DNA of 32,000 nt from Aquifex aeolicus VF5 (GTDB taxonomy: Bacteria > Aquificota > Aquificia > Aquificales > Aquificaceae): NCBI RefSeq assembly GCF_000008625.1, contig NC_000918.1, forward strand, positions 840,001 through 872,000, read 5' to 3'. A program made the translations under genes and the position numbers. Below, piece by piece: positions 11,461 through 21,902 of this stretch. A model generated the notes under the pieces. The model was not told where the DNA came from. It did no database searches and saw nothing but the letters and a program-made list of their open reading frames with translations. The first letter of the stretch is position 1; each line of letters opens with the position of its first letter.

Positions 11461-12072
11461 ATGGAACTTTTGAGGGAGTTTTTAAGGAATTACGGGGAAA
11501 GGTTTAAAGAAGAGCTCGAGAACTTAGTAAAGAAGTACGTTCAGGGCGAAGAGGACGTCGTTCTTTTAAAAATGGATGAACGTTGTTTAATACTACCGTT
11601 TTTGAATGTAGGCGACTTTTTTTACATGAAAGCGAGAGAACTTACCGAGCCAGTGAAGTTGGAGGTTCTGCAAAAAAGAGACAGTGAAGTACTCGCAAGG
11701 GCAATATCTTACGAAGAGACCTATATAGAAAAGAGGCAGCACGTAAGAGTTCAGCCTGACAAACCCATACCCGTTTACATAAAGGAAAAGGACACCGTGG
11801 GAAGTATACTCGACATTTCCGTAGGCGGAATTGGTGTCTTTCTTAAAGAAAAGGTCGTAGAACCGGAAGAGGTGGTGACTCTCGAGTTTGAACTGGAAGG
11901 GGAGGAGATAAAAACAAAAGGGGAGTGCAGGTACACAATCCCCTACAGAGCGGGATACAGGGCTGGTTTTAAGTTCGTGGATCTCAGCACGAGGTACGAG
12001 AACATTATCGGAAGGTACGTTATGAAGAGACAGATGGAAATCCTCAAGGAGCTTAAAGAGAGTATGATATGA
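11461..12072 (+). CDS. PilZ-domain protein (YcgR-like flagellar brake type)
   Basis: C-terminal [18 protein letters not shown]...[15 protein letters not shown] has the c-di-GMP-binding RxxxR...D/NxSxxG pattern. Immediately upstream of flhA. Confidence 0.8.
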
Positions 12073-14105
12073 GGGGAAAAGAGTTCTGGATAATACTCGC
12101 GGTAGTATTAATCCTCTCCGCGATAATAATCCCTATACCCGCCCTTCTTCTGGATTTACTCCTCACCCTTTCAATAACCTTTTCCTTAACGGTTCTCCTT
12201 TTGACTTTTTTCATTAAAAACCCTCTTGAGTTCTCTTCATTTCCCTCAGTTTTGCTCCTCGGAACACTCTTGAGGCTTTCTCTCAACATAGCGGCGGCGA
12301 GGAGGATACTCCTTCACGGACACGAAGGAACGCATGCAGCTGGTAAAGTAATAGAAGCCTTCGGGAAACTCGTGGCTGGAGGGGACGTGGTAGTAGGTTT
12401 AATAGTCTTCCTGATATTCATAGTAATTAACTTCATAGTCATTACGAAGGGTGCGGAAAGGATTTCGGAAGTGGCGGCTAGGTTTACTCTGGACGCCCTT
12501 CCCGGAAAGCAGATGTCCATAGACGCGGATCTGAACGCAGGTCTCATAACGGAAGAGGAGGCAAAAAGAAGAAGGCAGGAACTCGAAAAGGAAGCCAACT
12601 TCTACGCAGCGATGGACGGTGCGAGCAAGTTCATAAGAGGAGACGCAATAGCGGCCCTGATAATCCTCTTCCTGAGTTTAGTGGGAGGACTGTTGATAGG
12701 GATAGGTATAAGGGGAATGGATCTGGCGAGTGCGGTAAAGACTTACACCATACTTTCCATAGGTGAAGGTCTGGCTTCTCAGGTTCCGGCCCTGCTCCTT
12801 TCAACAGCGGCAGGTGTTCTAACCACAAAGATGTCCTCAAGGGAAAACCTCGGAGAGGCTATCAGTGAGGAACTAACGAAGCAGCCAAGGGCACTTCTCT
12901 TTTCCGCAGGCGTTCTCGGTTTTATAGGTCTCATTCCCGGGCTTCCTACCCTTCCTTTCCTCGCTATGTCAGCAATCCTTGCCGGAGCTTACTACCTCGT
13001 TCAACAATCCCTGAAGGAAAGGGAGTTAAAGGAACTGGAAAAATTGGCACAGGAGAAGACTAAGGAAAAGGAAGAGGAAGGGGAAGAGTTGATTCCTCAG
13101 CCCGAGCCCATAACCCTTGAGATAGGCTACGCCCTCATCCCGCTCGTTGACGAGTCTCAGGGCGGACAGATACCGAAGAAGATAAAGAACTTGAGGAAGC
13201 AAATAGCGAAAGAGTACGGAGTGATCGTTCCCCTCATTCACATAAGGGATAACCTTAGGCTAAAACCAAACGAGTACAGGATACTGATAAAAGGTATTGA
13301 GATAGACAGGTACGAACTTATGCCCGGGCACTACCTCGCGGTGAACCTTGGAAACGCAAAAGGTCCAATAGAAGGAATAGAGACTTACGACCCCGCCTTT
13401 AAGATAAAGGCTTACTGGATTACGGAAGACAAAAAGGAAGAAGCTCAGAAGCTCGGTTACATGGTAGTGGACGCGGAAACGGTTTTAATCACGCACCTCT
13501 CGGAAGTGATAAAGAGGAACCTTCACGAACTCCTTACCAGAAACGAAGTAATGGAACTTATAGAAATGCTTTCTAAGAAGTATCCGAAAGTCGTAAAGGA
13601 AATAGTCCCGGAACAGGTTCCCATATCCATAATACACAGGGTTCTCCAGAATTTACTGAGGGAGGGCATACCCGTAAACGACCTGCTCACCATACTCGAA
13701 ACACTTGCGGACTACATAGAACAGACCAAAGACCCGGACCTCTTAACGGAGTATGTAAGGCAGGCACTCTCTAAACGCATAACAAGGATGTACCTTACCA
13801 ACGGAACTCTTTACGCAATAGCCCTGTCTCCGAAAGTAGAGGCTAAACTCGTGAAATTTTTAAAAGAGAACAGGGAAGACGAGTTCATAGACTACGTTCT
13901 GAATACACTCCTTCCGAAGATAAAGAACGAGATTGTCAAGTTTGCCCAGTACGGAGCTGTTCCGGTTTTGTTAACTTCCGGGGAAGTGAGGCGGTTTGTG
14001 AGAAAAACGATAGAGCCCTACCTTTCCGAACTTGCGGTTCTATCTTACAACGAACTAGAAAAGCAAGTTAATATAAAAATTATAGGTATAGTGGATGAAG
14101 ATTGA
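12069..14105 (+). CDS. flhA: Flagellar biosynthesis export protein FlhA
   Basis: 678 aa; [59 protein letters not shown] and [16 protein letters not shown]-like segments. Confidence 0.96.
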
Positions 14106-15216
14106 GAAAATAGAGGTAAACTCCTTACAGGAAGCTATAGAGATAGTGGAGAGGAGGTTTGGAGAAAACGCGGTAATACTTTCCTCAAGAGTTATTAGGA
14201 AAAACAGGTTTGGCTTTTTACCCATATTCAGGAAGAAGATACTGGAAGTAACAGTTGGTATTCGAGAAGAAGAGGACTTTAGAAAGGAATTTGAAAGGGA
14301 GAGGGAACTTATAAAAGAAATAGAAAACCTGAAAAAGATTGTAAACGAACTCATAAACAACGGAGAGGTCAAAGGGGAAAAAATCGTAGAAAAGGGTTCC
14401 GACACTTACGCGCCGAGAGTAAAAAGGTATTTGGAAAAGCTCGTTATAAAGAACATAAGTAAGAACATAGCGGAGAAGATAATTCAGGACGCATGCGGTT
14501 ACGATATAGACAACAAGATTTACGACTTCAAGGATGAACCTTACACTTCGTTGAGAGAAAGCATAGAGAAAAACATAAAACTGAATGAGGAGTTTATTCA
14601 AAACCCGCCGAAAGTTGTCGCTTTGGTTGGACCAACTGGTGTGGGGAAAACCACTACTCTTGCAAAGCTTGCCCACCTCTTCAAGAAGAACAAGAAGAAG
14701 GTAGGTATTATTTCCCTTGATTGTTTCAGAGTTGGGGCTTTTGAGCAGTTAAAAGCTTTTGCGGAAGTACTGGAAGTTCCCTTCAAACTTGCGGACTCGC
14801 CGAGAGCCTTTAACATTCAACTCCTCGAAATGGACGACAGGGATGTAATACTCGTAGATACCGCGGGAAGGAGTCATTACGATGTCATAAGACTCAAGGA
14901 ACTTGAAACGTATTTTAAAGTCTCCGACATAAGCGTATACCTCACACTTGCGGCGAACCTTTCCGAACTCGTCATGTACGAAGCCATAATGCAGTTTGGA
15001 ATGTTCTCTATAAGCGGGCTTATATTCACAAAGCTCGACGAGACACCTTATCCAGGGAGTATGGTAAACGTAGCCTACAGAACCCAGTATCCGGTTGTGT
15101 GCTTCACGATGGGGCAATCCATACCTGAAGACATTGTGGTTGCAAATTACGATTACTTAGTCCGATTAATCTTAGAGGATGAAGATGAAGTTAGACCAGC
15201 AACTCAACTTGCTTAA
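14095..15216 (+). CDS. flhF: Flagellar SRP-like GTPase FlhF
   Basis: [57 protein letters not shown] and [15 protein letters not shown]. Confidence 0.93.
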
Positions 15217-16015
15217 ACATATGCTCGGAAAGAGCAAGGGCACGCGTTACATATCCGTGTCCAGCGGGAAAGGAGGTGTAGGGAAAACACTCGTCTCCAT
15301 AAACATAGGCGAGATATTATCGGAAAGGGGAAAGAGAGTTCTCATATTCGACGGAGACCTCGGGCTTAGTAACGTCCACTTGATGTACGGTATAGCTCCA
15401 ACCAAAGACCTGAGCGACCTAATAAAAGGCTTTGCTACAATAGAGGAACTTCCCGTAAAAGTAAACGAACACCTCTACTTCATATCAGGAGGTAGCGGCT
15501 TTCAGGAACTCGCAGACCTTCCGAAGGAGAGGTTAACGACGATAGTCCAAAAACTCTACGAGTACGCGGAAGACAACTTTGATTACGTCGTGATAGACAC
15601 ACCTCCGGGGATACATAGAACTACAGTTATGCTCACTTCCTGCGCGGACATACCTATAATACTTACCACCCCTGAGCCCACAGCGCTCATGGACGCCTAT
15701 GCACTCATAAAGGTGATAAACAGAGAAGAGGGAGTGGAGAACTTTTACGTGATAATAAACAAGGCGGACAGCTACGCGGAGGCAAAAGCTGTAGCGGAGA
15801 GCTTATCCTTAATGGTTATGAAGTACACAAACGCAAGAGTAAACTTCATCGGATTTATGCACTACAGGAAGAATTTAATAAGGAATGTGGTGGATCAGAA
15901 ACCAGTAGATAAGAACTTCAAGGAGGAGCTGAGGGAAGCGCTTATAAACCTCGACCTTGAAGTGAACGGAAAAGAAGGATTCTGGAGTAAAATACTCAAG
16001 AAGCTGGGCGTATGA
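15179..16015 (+). CDS. flhG: MinD/ParA-type ATPase FlhG (FleN/YlxH)
   Basis: [11 protein letters not shown]-terminus, YISVSSGKGGVGKTLVSINIGEILSERGKRVLIFDGDLGLSNVHLMYG and YVVIDTPPGIH. Confidence 0.92.
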   Translation: MKMKLDQQLNLLKHMLGKSKGTRYISVSSGKGGVGKTLVSINIGEILSERGKRVLIFDGDLGLSNVHLMYGIAPTKDLSDLIKGFATIEELPVKVNEHLYFISGGSGFQELADLPKERLTTIVQKLYEYAEDNFDYVVIDTPPGIHRTTVMLTSCADIPIILTTPEPTALMDAYALIKVINREEGVENFYVIINKADSYAEAKAVAESLSLMVMKYTNARVNFIGFMHYRKNLIRNVVDQKPVDKNFKEELREALINLDLEVNGKEGFWSKILKKLGV

Positions 16016-16722
16016 AAAACCCTTACAGCAACCAAATAGAAAGAGAAGAATTAATACTGAAGTACCTGCCCTTAGTAAAGGCGATAGCGACAAACATAAA
16101 AAAACATCTGCCCGAAGACGTGGACATAAGGGATCTCATCAGTTATGGCGTTATAGGACTAATAAAAGCCGTAGACAATTTAAGCACGGAGAATCCTAAA
16201 AGAGCGGAGGCTTACATAAAACTGAGGATAAAGGGAGCCATATACGATTACCTCAGGAGCCTGGATTTTGGAAGCAGACAGGTAAGGGAAAAAGAAAGAA
16301 GGATTAAGGAAGTTGTGGAAAAACTGAAGGAAAAACTCGGAAGAGAGCCCACGGACGAAGAAGTAGCAAAGGAGCTCGGCATTTCCACAGAAGAGCTTTT
16401 TAAGACCCTTGATAAGATCAACTTTTCTTACATCTTGAGCCTTGAAGAAGTCTTCAGAGACTTTGCAAGGGATTACTCGGAACTCATACCGAGTTCAACG
16501 AACGTAGAAGAAGAAGTTATTAAGAGGGAACTCACGGAAAAGGTAAAAGAAGCGGTTTCAAAACTTCCCGAAAGAGAAAAACTCGTCATTCAATTGATTT
16601 TTTACGAAGAACTTCCCGCAAAGGAAGTTGCAAAAATTCTCGAAACCTCCGTTTCCCGTGTCTCTCAACTGAAGGCAAAAGCCCTAGAACGCTTAAGGGA
16701 AATGCTCTCTAATCCTCTATAA
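16012..16722 (+). CDS. fliA: RNA polymerase sigma factor for flagellar operons (sigma-28)
   Basis: LIKYLPLVKAIATNIKKHLPEDVDIRDLISYGVIGLIKAVD, AYIKLRIKGAIYDYLRSLDFGSRQVREKER and an EVAKILETSVSRVSQLKAKALERLR HTH. Overlaps flhG by 4 nt. Confidence 0.95.
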   Translation: MKNPYSNQIEREELILKYLPLVKAIATNIKKHLPEDVDIRDLISYGVIGLIKAVDNLSTENPKRAEAYIKLRIKGAIYDYLRSLDFGSRQVREKERRIKEVVEKLKEKLGREPTDEEVAKELGISTEELFKTLDKINFSYILSLEEVFRDFARDYSELIPSSTNVEEEVIKRELTEKVKEAVSKLPEREKLVIQLIFYEELPAKEVAKILETSVSRVSQLKAKALERLREMLSNPL

Positions 16723-17266
16723 ATTCTTCGAGCTTTTCTTTGTGATTTTCGAACCACTTTTCCAAGGACTCCGTGTCGTACCCTCCGTTCTTTCCGAAGG
16801 TAAGCTCAAACTCTTCAAATCCCATGCCTTCAAGAATAGCTAGGATGTAGTACCTAACTCCTACGGGATCTTCAGGGTCCAGTTTATAGAGCATTTTGAG
16901 GACTTCAAGAGCCCTGTCTACGTCTCCCACTTCCCAGAACATTATCCCAGCTTCCAAAATCGCCTTTATTATGTGTCTGTTCGTTTCGTACTTCCACTCG
17001 AGCCTGTCGGGAAGGTTTCCATCTTCATCTTTAATGAGTTCCATAGCTTTGTTGAGGGCGTCTATTAGTATTTCTTCCGCCTCTTTTATGTGCCCTTCGT
17101 TTTCAAGGATTTCCGCAAGGTAGACGTAAGACTCAAGGTAGTAAGGGTCTTCCTGCATGAGCTTTTTAAGACTTGAGATTAACTTGGGTATGTCGTGCCT
17201 CTCTTCCTCTAAAACCCTCTGTAGTTTTTCCTGAGCTTCCCTCTTCTTGTCCACAAACACTCTCAT
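16709..17266 (-). CDS. TPR-repeat protein
   Basis: DPYYLESYVYLAEILENEGHIKEAEEILIDALNKA and GDVDRALEVLKMLYKLDPEDPVGVRYYIL look like TPR repeats. Confidence 0.65.
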   Translation of the reverse strand: MRVFVDKKREAQEKLQRVLEEERHDIPKLISSLKKLMQEDPYYLESYVYLAEILENEGHIKEAEEILIDALNKAMELIKDEDGNLPDRLEWKYETNRHIIKAILEAGIMFWEVGDVDRALEVLKMLYKLDPEDPVGVRYYILAILEGMGFEEFELTFGKNGGYDTESLEKWFENHKEKLEEFIED

Positions 17267-17304
17267 AACTACACTTAAATAATTTATACAAATTCATTGT
17301 AGCT

Positions 17305-18804
17305 TTACTTGATGACGCAGAGCAAAAACTCTTCAAACCTCTTTTTTCTCTTTATATCAAGCATGAACTTGAAAAAACGGGACTCGGAACTCGTGTATAG
17401 CTCCCACTTTCTCACGGGCTCACAATCGAAGCTTCCCTTCCTCGCAAGGACTATTGCAGGCTTTTTCACTTCCTTGGTTCTCCTTATTATTACCCTGTCC
17501 GCGTAAAAGGGCAGGTTGTGATGGAAAAAGCCAAGTTCGTAAGTACGCAGTTCATTTTTTGGATCAAGCTTTCTTATCTCCTTTCCCACTTCCCTGTAGG
17601 GTCTGAACTGCTCAACGTAAGGGAGTATCACAGACGACAGGTAAAACAAGAAGGCAAAGGCCCCAAATGCGGGAAGGAGTTCGTACTTTTTAAGGAAGAA
17701 CGGAAGGAGCAATAAGGGTATCAAAGGAAAGAGAGTTGCTGAAAACTTAAAGTAAAGGGAAAGTGCCAAAGTTGCAAGAACGAGAACGGTCCATAGGAAG
17801 ATAAGGGAAAGGTTTTTTACTTTCTTTAAGCTTTGGGAGTTTAAAAAGTCCGCTGTAATTATAGCCATGGCCGGGTAGGCGGGCATGATGTAGACAGGTA
17901 TCTTCATCTTTACGATACTGAAAATCAGGAATATAAAGGAAAACCAGACGAGGGGAAAAGAGAGTTCCCTTCTTTTTTCTTTCAGAGCCCAGAAGAGGGC
18001 AAAGAAGAACAAAAAGGAATATGGCAGAAAAGAGACGTTTATATCAAGGGCGTAGAAGTAAAAGGGATCCCTCTGGAGTGCATAAATCCTCTTTACGTTT
18101 TCCTTTATAAAGACTTCTAGGAACTCCTCCCTGTGTACGAGGTACTGGTATAAAAACCACCAGCCGCTTAGAAGGAATACCATAAGAGTTCCGGCGTAGT
18201 ACTTAATCTTTAAAAGTTCCTTCGGAGCTCTCAGGAGCAGGTAAAAGAATACCACTCCTGCCGGAAGGACAAATCCGGCTGGACCTTTCGTCAGAACAGC
18301 CAAGGAAGAAGCAATTAAGGCAAGCCAAAAAAGAAATTCTTTCTTTCTCGTGAAGTACTCGTACCAGAGGTAAAGGGAAAGGGTTATGAAGAAGGTGAAG
18401 GGGACTTCCGGGGAGGCATAACGAGCGTTTGCGATAAAGATAAAGGAAAGAGATAGAATTAAAAAGGAAAGGAGAGCGGTGTTCTTACTTCCCGTAATCC
18501 TTCTGGCGAGGAGGTACGTGAGGACTCCAGTGAAAACTCCTAGAAGGGCATGGAAGAACCTGAGTCCGAGCTCGTTTACACCGAAAATCTTGTAACCTAA
18601 GGAAACTATCCAATAGGTCATAGGGGGTTTGTTCAGTCTGATCTCTCCGTTGTAAACTGGGGTCAAAAACTCCCCGCTCTTTAGCATGTTCTTTGCACTG
18701 TCCGCGTAAAAGGACTCGTTGGGCATCCACACCGCGTTATAACCGAGGTTGTAAAAGTAAAGGATAAGGACAGGAATTAAAACTAAGAGGAATTTTTTCA
18801 TCAC
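17305..18804 (-). CDS. Dolichyl-phosphate-mannose/ArnT-like membrane glycosyltransferase (GT-C fold)
   Basis: 499 aa, about 10 TM segments; NAVWMPNESFYADSAKNMLKSGEFLTPVYNGEIRLNKPPMTYWIVSLGYKIFG acidic-motif loop typical of PMT_2/ArnT. Confidence 0.8.
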   Translation of the reverse strand: MMKKFLLVLIPVLILYFYNLGYNAVWMPNESFYADSAKNMLKSGEFLTPVYNGEIRLNKPPMTYWIVSLGYKIFGVNELGLRFFHALLGVFTGVLTYLLARRITGSKNTALLSFLILSLSFIFIANARYASPEVPFTFFITLSLYLWYEYFTRKKEFLFWLALIASSLAVLTKGPAGFVLPAGVVFFYLLLRAPKELLKIKYYAGTLMVFLLSGWWFLYQYLVHREEFLEVFIKENVKRIYALQRDPFYFYALDINVSFLPYSFLFFFALFWALKEKRRELSFPLVWFSFIFLIFSIVKMKIPVYIMPAYPAMAIITADFLNSQSLKKVKNLSLIFLWTVLVLATLALSLYFKFSATLFPLIPLLLLPFFLKKYELLPAFGAFAFLFYLSSVILPYVEQFRPYREVGKEIRKLDPKNELRTYELGFFHHNLPFYADRVIIRRTKEVKKPAIVLARKGSFDCEPVRKWELYTSSESRFFKFMLDIKRKKRFEEFLLCVIK

Positions 18805-19043
18805 TCGGTGAATATTTGCCCTTCTATGGGTTGAACCTCCACTCCCTGTTTTTGTATAAAATCTATAGCCCTTTCTATTTCTTCCGCTTCACCGTCAATT
18901 TCAACAAGGAGAATTCCCGTGTCCTGTGAAACCTGTGCCCTCCTTATGTTTACTACAACGTCAAAGTTTTTACAAACCATACAAAGTACAGGCTCCTTGA
19001 CCTTTTCTTCAGGGTATATTAATTGAAGCCTTACCATGTTCAT
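18801..19043 (-). CDS. Stand-alone NIL-domain protein
   Basis: 80 aa; VRLQLIYPEEKVKEPVLCMVCKNFDVVVNIRRAQVSQDTGILLVEIDGEAEEIERAIDFIQKQGVEVQPI matches the NIL fold pattern. The start could be 19037. Confidence 0.75.
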   Translation of the reverse strand: MNMVRLQLIYPEEKVKEPVLCMVCKNFDVVVNIRRAQVSQDTGILLVEIDGEAEEIERAIDFIQKQGVEVQPIEGQIFTE

Positions 19044-19083
19044 GATAAGTTTTATTGTAATTCAAAGGTTAAAATAAACTCTC

Positions 19084-20505
19084 ATGAGTAAAGTGAAAAC
19101 GAGGTTCGCACCCAGTCCAACCGGATACCTACACCTCGGAAACGCAAGAACAGCCATATTCAGTTATCTGTTTGCAAGGCACAACAACGGAGGTTTTGTA
19201 CTTCGTATAGAGGACACCGATCCAGAGCGTTCAAAGAAAGAGTATGAAGAAATGCTGATAGAGGATTTAAAGTGGCTCGGTATAGATTGGGACGAATTCT
19301 ACAGACAGTCCGAGAGGTTTGACATATACAGGGAGTACGTGAACAAGCTCCTTGAGAGCGGTCACGCTTACCCGTGTTTTTGCACGCCGGAAGAACTTGA
19401 AAAAGAAAGAGAAGAGGCTAGAAAGAAGGGAATTCCTTACAGGTATTCTGGAAAGTGCAGACACCTGACACCAGAAGAGGTGGAGAAGTTCAAGAAGGAG
19501 GGAAAACCCTTCGCCATAAGGTTTAAAGTTCCCGAAAACAGAACCGTGGTGTTTGAAGACCTAATAAAGGGTCACATAGCCATTAACACGGATGACTTCG
19601 GGGACTTTGTAATTGTCAGGAGCGATGGCTCACCCACTTACAACTTCGTCGTTGTTGTTGACGACGCCCTTATGGGAATTACCCACGTGATAAGAGGAGA
19701 GGACCACATACCCAACACTCCCAAGCAAATACTCATATACGAAGCTCTCGGGTTTCCCGTTCCCAAGTTCGCACACCTTCCCGTTATACTGGGAGAGGAC
19801 AGGAGTAAACTCTCAAAGAGGCACGGAGCTGTTTCGGTAAGGGCTTACAGGGAAGAAGGCTATATGCCGGAAGCCCTCTTCAATTACCTCTGTCTCTTAG
19901 GGTGGTCCCCTCCAGAAGAGGGAAGGGAGATATTCTCAAAGGAAGAACTGATAAAGATTTTTGACCTCAAAGACGTAAACGACTCCCCGGCGGTCTTCAA
20001 CAAGGAAAAACTAAAGTGGATGAACGGAGTGTACATAAGGGAGGTGCTTCCCTTAGACGTTCTCCTTGAAAGGGCTATTCCCTTCTTGGAAAAAGCGGGC
20101 TACGACACGAGCGACAGGGAGTATATAAAGAAAGTTCTCGAATACACGCGCGACTCCTTTGATACATTGAGCGAAATGGTAGACAGGCTCAGACCCTTCT
20201 TCGTGGACGAGTTTGAAATACCAGAAGAGCTCTGGAGCTTCCTAGACGACGAAAAGGCTTATCAGGTTCTCTCAGCTTTCTTGGAAAAAATCAGGGAGAA
20301 AAAACCCGAAACTCCCCAGGAAGTAAAGAAGCTCGCAAAGGAAATACAAAAAGCCCTGAAAGTAAAACCACCGCAGGTATGGAAACCCCTCAGGATAGCC
20401 CTCACGGGTGAACTCGAAGGTGTGGGCATAGACATACTCATAGCCGTTCTTCCTAAGGAAAAAATAGAAAAGAGGATACTGAGGGTTCTGGAAAAGCTCT
20501 CGTGA
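19084..20505 (+). CDS. gltX: Glutamyl-tRNA synthetase
   Basis: TRFAPSPTGYLHLGNARTAIFSYLFAR, CFC...CRH zinc site, GEDHIPNTPKQ and KLSKRHGAVSV. Confidence 0.96.
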   Translation: MSKVKTRFAPSPTGYLHLGNARTAIFSYLFARHNNGGFVLRIEDTDPERSKKEYEEMLIEDLKWLGIDWDEFYRQSERFDIYREYVNKLLESGHAYPCFCTPEELEKEREEARKKGIPYRYSGKCRHLTPEEVEKFKKEGKPFAIRFKVPENRTVVFEDLIKGHIAINTDDFGDFVIVRSDGSPTYNFVVVVDDALMGITHVIRGEDHIPNTPKQILIYEALGFPVPKFAHLPVILGEDRSKLSKRHGAVSVRAYREEGYMPEALFNYLCLLGWSPPEEGREIFSKEELIKIFDLKDVNDSPAVFNKEKLKWMNGVYIREVLPLDVLLERAIPFLEKAGYDTSDREYIKKVLEYTRDSFDTLSEMVDRLRPFFVDEFEIPEELWSFLDDEKAYQVLSAFLEKIREKKPETPQEVKKLAKEIQKALKVKPPQVWKPLRIALTGELEGVGIDILIAVLPKEKIEKRILRVLEKLS

Positions 20506-21191
20506 TTTTCCTCTCCTTTAAAAAATCTTTTAAGAACATAACTATTGAAGGAAAGTTTACCTTTGAGAAGGGATTTAACGTAATTTTAGGGCCTTCGGGA
20601 GCAGGAAAGAGTACCGTGATTAAGGTAATGTGCGGTATAGAAAAGCCCGATGAGGGCTTTATGAAGTGTTGCGATGAGGTTTTCTTTGATACGAAAAAGG
20701 GAGTATTTCTACCTCCTCAAAAAAGAAGGCTCGGTGTTGTTTTCCAGAGTCATAACCTCTTCCCCCACATGACCGTAAGGGAGAACATAGAGTTTGCCTT
20801 AAAGAAGGCAAAAGAACCTCAGTTTACAGTTGAAGAACTCCTTGAAAAGTTCAACTTAAAAGGACACGAAAATAAATACCCCGGCGAGCTTTCAGGTGGA
20901 CAGAGGCAGAGAGTAGCCGTAATAAGGGCAATAGTTTTCAATCCGAGAGCCGTTTTAATGGATGAGCCCTTTTCTTCGCTTGATTTTAAAACAAAACTGA
21001 GCATTATGGAATTTATAAAGAGCGTTCACATAGAAAAGCCTGTAATTATAGTGACCCACGACCTATTTGAGGCTCTATACCTCGGACAGAAATTCTTTTT
21101 AATGGATAACGGAAAAAAGGTAAAGGAAGGCGGAAAGGAAGTATTAAAGGAGTACGTGGATTTAGAAAAAATAAAGAAGTTTTTAAGTTAG
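20502..21191 (+). CDS. ABC transporter ATP-binding protein (ModC/CysA-like, no C-terminal regulatory domain)
   Basis: VILGPSGAGKSTVIKVMCGIEKP, LGVVFQSHNLFPHMTVRENI, ELSGGQRQRVAVIRAIVFNPRAVLMDEPFSSLD and VTHD. GTG start overlapping the gltX stop. Confidence 0.9.
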   Translation: MIFLSFKKSFKNITIEGKFTFEKGFNVILGPSGAGKSTVIKVMCGIEKPDEGFMKCCDEVFFDTKKGVFLPPQKRRLGVVFQSHNLFPHMTVRENIEFALKKAKEPQFTVEELLEKFNLKGHENKYPGELSGGQRQRVAVIRAIVFNPRAVLMDEPFSSLDFKTKLSIMEFIKSVHIEKPVIIVTHDLFEALYLGQKFFLMDNGKKVKEGGKEVLKEYVDLEKIKKFLS

Positions 21192-21895
21192 AGCTTGTAG
21201 TAAACGAACCTGCCACAGGAGGGACACTGCTCTATGGAATCCTCCTTTATCATCTTTGAGAGTAATACACTCGGTATCTTTATCCCGCAACCCGCACAGG
21301 CTTCATCTTCCGTTGGGACTATAACCAAGCCCTCAAAGTGTTTTTTGTTCTCCTCGTAGAATTTAAGAAGGTGCTCTGGAATTTCCCTTTTCACTTCTTC
21401 CCTTTTTTGAACGTACTCGTGTATTTTTCTGTGGGCTATGCTCTCTTCCAATTCCAAATCTTTTAGTTCTTCTTCAATTTCCTTTACTTGTCTCTCTATT
21501 CTCGGGACTTTTTCCTCTATTTCTTTCGTAATCTTTTCCAGTTCTTCTTCTATTTGGTCTATCTCGTAGGATTTTTTTAGTATCTTGTCTTCAAGTTTTG
21601 ATTTTTCCCTGAGGAGTGCCTTATACTCCACGTCCCTAGTAACCTTCATTAATTTTTCTTCGGTTACTTTTAATTTTTCTTCCGCTTCTTTTACTTCTTC
21701 CTGAAGTTGTTTTTTTAAATTCTCCAGTTCTTCCTTTCTCTTGAGTAGCGTTTCTTTTTCCTTTAATAGGGCTTCTAGCTCCTCTTTTAATTTCTTTACT
21801 TCTTCTTCTATCTTTTTAAGTCTGTGGTTGACCCTTTCGGTTTCTAAGTCTATTTCTTGAATTTTTACGAGGAGTTTTGCTTCTTCTTTTGTCAT
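21188..21895 (-). CDS. Coiled-coil protein with C-terminal zinc ribbon (CT398 / zf-RING_7 family)
   Basis: Long Glu/Lys coiled coil followed by CAGCGIKIPSVLLSKMIKEDSIEQCPSCGRFVYY. Confidence 0.85.
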   Translation of the reverse strand: MTKEEAKLLVKIQEIDLETERVNHRLKKIEEEVKKLKEELEALLKEKETLLKRKEELENLKKQLQEEVKEAEEKLKVTEEKLMKVTRDVEYKALLREKSKLEDKILKKSYEIDQIEEELEKITKEIEEKVPRIERQVKEIEEELKDLELEESIAHRKIHEYVQKREEVKREIPEHLLKFYEENKKHFEGLVIVPTEDEACAGCGIKIPSVLLSKMIKEDSIEQCPSCGRFVYYKL

Positions 21896-21902
21896 GGTTT
21901 TG

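Noticed and set aside
12314-12840. Minus-strand ORFs antisense to flhA (12314..12598, 12631..12840)
   Set aside because: Full overlap with a clear FlhA coding sequence and no recognisable domains.
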